A stretch of 64,000 bases of DNA from Cyclobacteriaceae bacterium (GTDB lineage Bacteria; Bacteroidota; Bacteroidia; Cytophagales; Cyclobacteriaceae), in the NCBI GenBank assembly GCA_043776715.1, contig JAYVQY010000085.1, positions 639 to 64,638 on the forward strand. Reading direction: 5' to 3'. Shown here one piece after another: positions 56,544-64,000 of this stretch; positions within the stretch are counted from its first letter, which is position 1; each line of letters begins with the position of its first letter. Made by a program: the position numbers and the translations under genes. Under the pieces are notes generated by a model. It saw only the letters and a list, made by a program, of their open reading frames with translations. It had not been told where the DNA came from and did no database searches.

Positions 56544-58010
56544 TTAAACCAAATTCAAGATCCCTTTCTCCTTAGCTTCTAAAGAAGATTCTCCCATCAA
56601 TGATTCATCCACAACTCGGGCAGCTTCCCTTCCCTCGCTGATCGCCCAGACCACAAGTGATTGTCCACGGCGCATGTCACCAGCAGAAAAGACACCCTCC
56701 ACAGAAGTTTGATAGCGGTTGCACTTAACATTTCCTCGTTCATCAAGTTCTACGCCCAATTGTTTCAGTAAACCTTCTTGCTGAGGATAAAGGAATCCAA
56801 GGGCAAGCAGTACAAGTTCGCATGGGAGTACTTTTTCTGTGCCGGGAATTTCTTTTAAAATCGGAGGCTTGCTGTTTTCTGATTTGATCCATTCAACCGC
56901 GATCACTTTAAGAGCTTTAAGTTTTCCATCTTCATCTGCGATAAACTCTTTTGTAACAATGCTCCATTTTCTTTCGCAACCCTCTTCGTGTGAGGTAGAG
57001 GTTCTCAAAATCATTGGCCAATGGGGCCAGGGCATGGAGTCGTTTCGTTGATCGGGGGGCTTATTCAAAATTTCAATTTGAGTAACCGATTTGGCCCCGT
57101 GACGATTGGAGGTGCCCACACAATCAGAACCTGTGTCACCACCACCCAACACGATTACATTTTTTCCTGTGGCAAGAATCTCTTCAACGGTAACTTTTTT
57201 TCCGTCTACACGTCTGTTTTGCTGAGTAAGAAAATCCATGGCGAAATGGATGCCCTTCAGATTCCTGCCTGGGATTGGTAAGTCGCGGGGAATGGTAGAG
57301 CCGCCGCACAAAAGAATGGCGTCAAACTCTTCACGCAGTAGCTGTATGCTGACATTCACACCCACATTCGCATTGGTCTTGAAAGCAATGCCTTCTTCTT
57401 TCATCAAATTTATTCTGCGTACGACAGAATGCTTGTCAAGTTTGAAGTCAGGAATACCATAGCGCAATAAGCCTCCGATCTCGTCAGAGCGCTCAAACAC
57501 GGTGACCAAATGTCCTGCATAATTTAATTGGGCAGCGGCGGCAAGACCGGCTGGTCCCGAACCGACCACCGCAACTTTTTTTCCGGTTCGCGAAGTGGGA
57601 ATCTTTGGTACAGCATAACCCAACGCAAAGGCCTTTTCAATGATTGACTTTTCAATGTACTCAATGGCCACCGCAGGCTTGTTGATGGCCAGCACGCAAG
57701 AGGCCTCACAAGGAGCTGGACAAATGCGGCCGGTAAACTCAGGGAAGTTATTAGTCGACGTGAGGATTTCGTACGCCAATTTCCAGTTCTGCTGATATGC
57801 CGCATCGTTAAACTCAGGAATGTTGTTTCCCAACGGACAACCTGAATGACAAAAAGGAGTGCCACAATCCATGCAGCGGGCAGCTTGTTTCACGGTGATG
57901 GTTTCTTCTATTGGTCCTTCCACTTCTTTATAATCATGAATGCGCGCACTCACATCCCGCTTCTTCGGAAGGTCACGTGAATAATCTAAAAATCCTGTTG
58001 GCTTACCCAT
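56544..58010 (-). CDS. gltD: glutamate synthase (NADPH) small subunit
   Basis: 488 aa with N-terminal Cys clusters ([14 protein letters not shown]) and FAD/NAD folds ([23 protein letters not shown]). Confidence 0.95.
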   Translation of the reverse strand: MGKPTGFLDYSRDLPKKRDVSARIHDYKEVEGPIEETITVKQAARCMDCGTPFCHSGCPLGNNIPEFNDAAYQQNWKLAYEILTSTNNFPEFTGRICPAPCEASCVLAINKPAVAIEYIEKSIIEKAFALGYAVPKIPTSRTGKKVAVVGSGPAGLAAAAQLNYAGHLVTVFERSDEIGGLLRYGIPDFKLDKHSVVRRINLMKEEGIAFKTNANVGVNVSIQLLREEFDAILLCGGSTIPRDLPIPGRNLKGIHFAMDFLTQQNRRVDGKKVTVEEILATGKNVIVLGGGDTGSDCVGTSNRHGAKSVTQIEILNKPPDQRNDSMPWPHWPMILRTSTSHEEGCERKWSIVTKEFIADEDGKLKALKVIAVEWIKSENSKPPILKEIPGTEKVLPCELVLLALGFLYPQQEGLLKQLGVELDERGNVKCNRYQTSVEGVFSAGDMRRGQSLVVWAISEGREAARVVDESLMGESSLEAKEKGILNLV

Positions 58011-58027
58011 AAGTTAATTTCTATTTC

Positions 58028-61000
58028 TTATGCCTTCACAGGCATTTGCTTTTCCTGTGCCTTTCTTTTTGTTAGGACCGCCTTGTATTCAGCGGGCATG
58101 ACTTTTACAAACTGCTCAATGACTTTGTCCCAGTTTTTGATCATAAGCGCTGCCACCTCACTGCCCGTGTTAGTAATGTGCTCCATGATCATCCTTCGAA
58201 GAAGTTCCTCGTCCACTTCACTCTTCTCATCGATCAAGACCATTTCCATATTGATATTTTGAGCAAAAGTTTTCATAGGGTCAAAAACATAGGCGACACC
58301 GCCACTCATGCCAGCAGCAAAATTTCTTCCGGTATCACCTAGCACAACCACCGTGCCACCAGTCATGTATTCACAACCATGATCACCAACACCTTCCACC
58401 ACCGCATTCACGCCCGAATTCCTGACCGCAAATCTTTCTCCTGCTCTTCCGCGAATGAATACCTCGCCGGAGGTGGCGCCATAGAGTGCCACATTTCCGA
58501 TGATAATATTCTGGGCCGGATCATACTTTATTCGTTTATCAGGGTATACAATGAGGCGGGCACCAGACAGACCTTTACCGAAGTAATCATTCGTGTCGCC
58601 CTCCAACTCAAAGGTGATTCCTTTCGCCGCGAAGGCACCAAAACTCTGACCGGCAGTACCGTGAAATTTAAAATGTATTCCAGCTCCGTCTGTGTTACCC
58701 TTTATTTCATTGGTGTACTTCTTAGTAATCTCGTTCGACAACATGGCACCGACTGCCCGGTCCTCATTCGTGATCGAGAATATGCCTTGCACAGCCTCGT
58801 GATTTTCGAGATAAGGCTTGGCATTCTTGATCAACGTGCGATCCAGTACGCGTTCAATGTCATGATCCTGATCTTCTTGTCGGAAAAGCGCTGTATCAAG
58901 ACTGATCGGCTCTTTGTACAAGATAGGTGAGAGGTCCAGGTTTGAGAATTTCCAGCGGTCATCTGTGTCCTTAAGTTCGAGGTAGTTGCTCTGTCCAACC
59001 ATTTCATTGATGGTTCTAAATCCAAGCTCAGCCATGATCTCACGCAACTCCTGCGCTAAAAAAGTAAATAGGTTGACCACATATTCCGGCTTGCCGGTGA
59101 AAAGGGCACGCAGTTCTTTATTTTGTGTAGCCACACCCACTGGACAGGTATTTAGATGACACTTACGCATCATGATGCAACCGGTCGTTACCAATGCAGC
59201 AGTAGCCACTCCCCATTCTTCTGCTCCGAGCATCGCGGCAATGGCCAGATCACGTCCAGTGCGGATTTGCCCATCGGTTTGTAATACCACGCGACCACGT
59301 AATTTGTTTCTCACCAATGTCTGATGCGCCTCTGCGAGCCCAAGTTCCCAGGGCAACCCCGCATGACGTATCGAGCTCAACGGTGATGCACCAGTGCCTC
59401 CATCATGACCAGAGATCAAAATTACATCGGCATGCGCTTTTGCAACACCTGATGCAATGGTGCCGACACCTGCTTCAGAAACTAATTTTACACTGATGCG
59501 TGCTTCACGATTTGCATTTTTCAAATCGAAAATAAGTTGAGCAAGATCTTCGATTGAATAGATATCATGGTGCGGTGGCGGTGAAATCAAACCAACGCCC
59601 GGCGTGGAATGCCGAACCCGGCCAATCCAATCATCCACTTTATGACCTGGCAATTGGCCGCCTTCACCCGGCTTGGCACCTTGCGCCATTTTTATCTGGA
59701 GTTCTTTCGCATTGGAGAGGTAATAACTCGTCACTCCAAATCGTCCAGAGGCCACTTGTTTAATGGCAGAATTTTCCCAGTCACCATTTGGTTTTCGATG
59801 GAAGCGTGCTTCGTCTTCTCCACCCTCACCGCAGTTGCTCTTGCCACCAATCCGATTCATTGCAACGGCAAGTGTGCTGTGTGCTTCATATGAAATGGAT
59901 CCGAAAGACATTGCGCCGGTAGCGAACCGTTTGAATATATTTTCAATGGGTTCCACTTCCTCGATGGGTATTGATCTTCCCTTACGGAATTTCAGAAGAC
60001 TTCTCAGCGTGATGGCTTTCTCACTCTGGTCATTGATGAGCGCAGAATATTTTTTAAAAACCTGGAAATCGTTGGTCTTTGTGGCGTGCTGAAGAAGATG
60101 AATGGTCTGCGGATTGAAGAGGTGGGCTTCTCCACGTTGTTTCCATTGATACACGCCTCCTACTTCCAATCGGGTTGCTTCATGTGCAGTTTCAGGAAAT
60201 GCGAGACGATGCTTCGCGAGGGCTTCTTTCGCAATATCGTCCAATGTAAGTCCGCCAATGCGCGATACCGTGCCGGTGAAATATTGATCTACGACCTCCC
60301 TGCTGATACCAAGGGCCTCAAAGATCTGCGCTCCGTGGTATGACTGAAGTGTACTGATCCCCATCTTGCTCATAATCTTGAGCAACTCGCCACCCACTGC
60401 TTTTTTATAATTGTAAACAGCTTTCTCTTCGGTGAGTACCTCGGGCAGCAGGTTACGTTTCTTCATGTCGAAGATGGTTTGATACACTAAATATGGATTC
60501 ACGCCTGACGCACCAAAGCCAATCAGTGTTGCATAATGATGAGTCTCCCACACATCTCCTGCCTCTACCAACAACCCAACTTTTCCGCGAAGGCCTTTTC
60601 GGATGAGATCATGATGAACCGCTGCCACGGCAAGAAGCGAAGGTATCTGTGCATGACCGCTGTCGAAACTGCGATCGGATAAAATGATGATCGTGAACCC
60701 ATCTTCCACAGCATCTGTCACATATTGACACACCCGATTCAATCCCTTTTCCAATGACCCCGGCGCACCACCTGCTTTGAAGTAGGTGTATATTGTTTTC
60801 GTCTGCAAGTGACGGTGATCGATGTACCGGATTTTTTCCAGGTCACTGTTAGAAAGAATGGGTATCGGCAATTCCAACGTAATGCAATGTTCGGGAGTCT
60901 CTTCCAACAGGTTTAGCGAGCCACCCACATGCGTTACCAATGACATGACCAATCGTTCTCGGATTGGGTCAATAGGAGGATTGGTGACCTGAGCGAAGAG

Positions 61001-62566
61001 TTGTTTGAAATAACTTGAAAGGTGCTGTGCCTGATTGGACAAAATGGCCAAGGGTATGTCACTTCCCATGGAGCCAAGGGCCTCTTTTCCAGTCTCACAC
61101 ATCTGCGCCAGCACGACTCGAACATCTTCGGTGGTATAACCGAATGAAATCTGACGCTTGATAAACGTCCGCGGATCGTACTTATGAAAGCTTCCGCCTG
61201 GCTCAGGAAGGTCAGACAACCTGACTTTATTGGCACGAACCCATTCGCCGTATGGCTGGCGTGAACAAATATCTTTTTTCAGCTCTTCGTCGCTGATGAT
61301 GCGCCCCTGCTCCAGGTCTACAACAAACATCTTTCCTGGCTGCAACCTTCCTTTTGTGATCACCTTGGCAGGATCAATGTCCAGCACACCAACTTCCGAT
61401 GCCATGATTACCCGGTCATCGTCTGTTACCACATAACGCGAAGGGCGTAATCCATTTCGATCTAAAGTCGCACCAACAATTTTACCATCGGTAAAGGTGA
61501 TCGAAGCGGGACCATCCCACGGTTCCATCAGGTTGGCGTGGTACTCATAAAAATCTTTTTTCTCCTGGCCCATCTGATCGTTACCATCCCATGCTTCTGG
61601 AATGAGCATCATCATCACATGGGGCAAGGACCGACCCGAGTGAATGAGCAATTCAACTACGTTATCAAGATTGGAAGAGTCCGACTGAGCGGGGTTACAG
61701 ATTGGCAATATCATGTCAAGCTCTTCGTGACTGAAATGGTCAGAGGAAAAGAAAGCCTCTTTTGATTTTAACCAATTGATATTTCCCTGGATCGTGTTGA
61801 TCTCGCCATTGTGAGCAATGAACCGGAAGGGTTGAGCCAATCGCCACGAAGGAAAGGTGTTGGTAGAAAAGCGGGAATGAATTACTGCGATGGCAGAAAC
61901 CACTTCTTCGTGCTCTAGGTCGGCGAAGTAATGTTTTAGTTGCCTTGAGGTAAGCATGCCCTTGTAGGCGATGGTTTTGTAAGAAAGAGAAGAAAAATAG
62001 AATTGGTTATTGACGCCCTGCACCGATTCGGTAACGATGCGTGTGGTGTATTTGCGGAGGATGAATAGTTTGCGTTCAAAGTTATCAGGGTCTGCGATTG
62101 ACTCCGGGCGCTTGATAAAAATCTGTTCCATGACAGGTTCAGCCCGCAGTGCAGTTTCCCCAATCTCATTGTTTCTGGTGGGCAGAAGCCGGTAGCCCAA
62201 TAGAGACATTTTCATTTTCTTGATCTGCCGATTGAGTACCGTGCGACATTCTTCACGAGCTTTTGGATCACGTGGAAAAAAGACCAGCCCAACAGCATAA
62301 TGACCGTAGGGTGGTAGCTTGATGCCGAGTTTGTTGCACTCGTTGGTGAAAAATTCATGTGGTATCTGGATGAGGATACCGGCACCATCGCCTGTGTTAG
62401 CCTCACAGCCACAGGCACCGCGGTGGCTCATTCTTTCAAGCATGGTAATGGCATCCATCACCAATTGGTGTGACTTCCGTGCTTTGATATTGGCGATGAA
62501 GCCTACACCACAAGAGTCTTTCTCAAAACTCGGGTGGTACAATCCTTGATGCTCTTGCTCTTTCAA
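58028..62566 (-). CDS. gltB: glutamate synthase large subunit
   Basis: 1512 aa. The Ntn amidotransferase N-terminus is KDSCGVGFIAN. FMN and 3Fe-4S domain blocks and the C-terminal GXGXG beta-helix repeats are present. Confidence 0.97.
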   Translation of the reverse strand: MKEQEHQGLYHPSFEKDSCGVGFIANIKARKSHQLVMDAITMLERMSHRGACGCEANTGDGAGILIQIPHEFFTNECNKLGIKLPPYGHYAVGLVFFPRDPKAREECRTVLNRQIKKMKMSLLGYRLLPTRNNEIGETALRAEPVMEQIFIKRPESIADPDNFERKLFILRKYTTRIVTESVQGVNNQFYFSSLSYKTIAYKGMLTSRQLKHYFADLEHEEVVSAIAVIHSRFSTNTFPSWRLAQPFRFIAHNGEINTIQGNINWLKSKEAFFSSDHFSHEELDMILPICNPAQSDSSNLDNVVELLIHSGRSLPHVMMMLIPEAWDGNDQMGQEKKDFYEYHANLMEPWDGPASITFTDGKIVGATLDRNGLRPSRYVVTDDDRVIMASEVGVLDIDPAKVITKGRLQPGKMFVVDLEQGRIISDEELKKDICSRQPYGEWVRANKVRLSDLPEPGGSFHKYDPRTFIKRQISFGYTTEDVRVVLAQMCETGKEALGSMGSDIPLAILSNQAQHLSSYFKQLFAQVTNPPIDPIRERLVMSLVTHVGGSLNLLEETPEHCITLELPIPILSNSDLEKIRYIDHRHLQTKTIYTYFKAGGAPGSLEKGLNRVCQYVTDAVEDGFTIIILSDRSFDSGHAQIPSLLAVAAVHHDLIRKGLRGKVGLLVEAGDVWETHHYATLIGFGASGVNPYLVYQTIFDMKKRNLLPEVLTEEKAVYNYKKAVGGELLKIMSKMGISTLQSYHGAQIFEALGISREVVDQYFTGTVSRIGGLTLDDIAKEALAKHRLAFPETAHEATRLEVGGVYQWKQRGEAHLFNPQTIHLLQHATKTNDFQVFKKYSALINDQSEKAITLRSLLKFRKGRSIPIEEVEPIENIFKRFATGAMSFGSISYEAHSTLAVAMNRIGGKSNCGEGGEDEARFHRKPNGDWENSAIKQVASGRFGVTSYYLSNAKELQIKMAQGAKPGEGGQLPGHKVDDWIGRVRHSTPGVGLISPPPHHDIYSIEDLAQLIFDLKNANREARISVKLVSEAGVGTIASGVAKAHADVILISGHDGGTGASPLSSIRHAGLPWELGLAEAHQTLVRNKLRGRVVLQTDGQIRTGRDLAIAAMLGAEEWGVATAALVTTGCIMMRKCHLNTCPVGVATQNKELRALFTGKPEYVVNLFTFLAQELREIMAELGFRTINEMVGQSNYLELKDTDDRWKFSNLDLSPILYKEPISLDTALFRQEDQDHDIERVLDRTLIKNAKPYLENHEAVQGIFSITNEDRAVGAMLSNEITKKYTNEIKGNTDGAGIHFKFHGTAGQSFGAFAAKGITFELEGDTNDYFGKGLSGARLIVYPDKRIKYDPAQNIIIGNVALYGATSGEVFIRGRAGERFAVRNSGVNAVVEGVGDHGCEYMTGGTVVVLGDTGRNFAAGMSGGVAYVFDPMKTFAQNINMEMVLIDEKSEVDEELLRRMIMEHITNTGSEVAALMIKNWDKVIEQFVKVMPAEYKAVLTKRKAQEKQMPVKA

Positions 62567-62963
62567 TTCAATAAATGATTCGTTTACAGACTATTGCGCG
62601 AAATAAATCTACTATGCTCACCGCAGGAATGCGAACTTGAAGAAGAGTATTTTAAAAAAGAGTGATTTTTTTGGCTAACAGTTGGTAGCGGAAACGGTTG
62701 TGGAGGAGTAGGCAGTTGACAAATGCAGTAGGCAAAGGTTCCAACTTGGGATTGCTACTATCTAACTCAAATAAGGGCGCGCCAGTTCGAAGGAATGGCG
62801 CCGCGTGTTCTAACGCGTGCCAATGTGAGCAAAATATAAGTATTAGCTAATTCAATTTGAGTCCCAGAGTCAACAGAAAATTACTCGCAGCGACAACGCA
62901 AAACCAGCGCGAATACTTGAGTAGTTAAGATCGAACAACCAACAATGATCAATCTAGAACTAC

Positions 62964-64000
62964 TCATTCATGCCTTAAGGCCTTCACCGGATTGGACATG
63001 GAAGCTTTCAGAGATTCATATCCAACCGTAATCAATGTGATGAGTACAATCAATCCAATCGTGCTACCAAAAACGAGCAGGGATAAGTCTGTCCGGTACA
63101 CGAAACTTTCCAGCCATTGGCTTGATAGGAAATATGAAATTGGGATGGCGATTGCACAAGCTATCAACAATAGTTTTCCAAAAACGCTGAGCAATAACAA
63201 CAAAATCTGAAAGTTGCTCGCACCCATCGTTTTACGAATTCCTATTTCCTTTGTGCGTTGTTGTGACATAAAAGACGCAAGCCCATACAATCCAACACAA
63301 GTGATGAGGATTGCAAGCCACGAAAAATTTTCTGTGAGCCCTGCCACCTTGGTTTCATTTTCATACATCCTGCCGAATTCTTCATTGATGAACCAGTAAT
63401 CAAATCCGAATCCGGGAAACACTTGCTTCCAGGCCGCTTCGAGGACCTGAATTTTTTCCGCCATCTTTCCTGCAGGCAGACGAACGTGAATAATCCGGTC
63501 GTCGGTATGGGGCTTGGGTGAAATGGCGAGTGGGTCGATTTTCTTGTGCATAGACCGGTACGGAAAATCCTCCACTACCCCAATAACCAAACCGGTTACT
63601 GGAACTTTAGTGGTGTCTCTTCTTGAGTAACCCATGACATAGTCAGGACGCATCACCGTTTTTCCAAGCACCTCCTGCGCGGTGAGATGAAGCGCATCCA
63701 CTGCGGATTGATTTAATAGAATCGAACTCGAGTCTGCTATATTCTTAGGATCAAAGTCGCGGCCGGCAATGATTTTGAGATTAAATGTCTTTGGAAAATC
63801 ATAATCTCCATTTAACTGGAACCATTCATGTTTATCCTCATTGATTTCGGGGAACTGCATCACCATGTTGATGGGTCCAAAGAAATCCAATCGCGGCAAA
63901 TGATTTGCCAATGTCATCTCTTCTATCTCGGGATCTTGAAGCACTGCATTTTTGAAGGTGAGGTATTTTTCGTTTGGTGTGGGCCCGGCAAATCCACCAA
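62964..64000 (-). CDS. FtsX/MacB-like ABC transporter permease, N-terminus beyond the window
   Basis: The reading frame stays open upstream of the track start (…FKNAVLQDPEIEEMTL…) to the window edge. The C-terminal FtsX 4-TM module ends in NPVKALRHE. Confidence 0.8.
   Translation of the reverse strand, partial: GGFAGPTPNEKYLTFKNAVLQDPEIEEMTLANHLPRLDFFGPINMVMQFPEINEDKHEWFQLNGDYDFPKTFNLKIIAGRDFDPKNIADSSSILLNQSAVDALHLTAQEVLGKTVMRPDYVMGYSRRDTTKVPVTGLVIGVVEDFPYRSMHKKIDPLAISPKPHTDDRIIHVRLPAGKMAEKIQVLEAAWKQVFPGFGFDYWFINEEFGRMYENETKVAGLTENFSWLAILITCVGLYGLASFMSQQRTKEIGIRKTMGASNFQILLLLLSVFGKLLLIACAIAIPISYFLSSQWLESFVYRTDLSLLVFGSTIGLIVLITLITVGYESLKASMSNPVKALRHE

Noticed and set aside
62776-62817. GC-rich palindromes upstream of gltB as a third, inverted copy of the 18903/48027 repeat.
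   Set aside because: Only short strings (cgcggc, cttcgaa) match when reverse-complemented. The 39-mer hairpin block that defines the family is absent.
1-64000. Search for CRISPR arrays, IS elements or transposases, integrases, phage genes, toxin-antitoxin pairs, reverse transcriptases, and rRNA or tRNA genes.
   Set aside because: No non-coding stretch exceeds about 500 nt and none shows regularly spaced direct repeats. No ORF carries DDE, tyrosine or serine recombinase, RT or typical defence-nuclease motifs. No cloverleaf-compatible sequence was found in the spacers. Absence is judged by eye only.

Overview
The window reads as an ordinary chromosomal segment of a Bacteroidota genome, probably Cytophagia- or Sphingobacteriia-like. 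Supporting signs are the lack of Shine-Dalgarno sequences before start codons and the family content: paired DUF3857-type transglutaminase-like proteins, TlpA and redoxin proteins, a bacterial GH3 protein, FtsX-like permeases and SPOR and TPM proteins. I call 54 protein-coding genes plus one pseudogene, about 92% coding by my coordinates. Many genes are joined by ATGA-type or 1-4 nt junctions. Confident housekeeping genes are radA, rbfA, rpiB, tatC, glyA, lptB, recJ, fumC and gltB-gltD. There is also a five-gene heavy-metal RND efflux cluster: a small His-rich leader protein, czcA, an outer-membrane factor, an adaptor and a His-rich membrane protein. I found no rRNA, tRNA, CRISPR array, transposase, integrase or phage gene by eye, and no convincing novel multi-gene system. 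The observations most worth follow-up are listed here. (1) A structured 175-200 nt intergenic repeat occurs in two same-orientation copies 29 kb apart. (2) A PaaI-type thioesterase gene just downstream of a class-A beta-lactamase-like gene has an in-frame TGA and an ATAA junction where an ATGA stop/start overlap is expected. (3) A secreted glycine-rich protein with six short collagen-like (G-X-Y)n blocks sits 1 nt upstream of recJ-lptB. (4) Two tandem transglutaminase-fold paralogues differ in that only the second keeps the catalytic Cys. (5) Two uncharacterised His-rich proteins bracket the czc operon. (6) Several hairpin and palindrome elements and a G8 tract next to a start codon. All family assignments come from motif recognition by eye; nothing was searched against a database.
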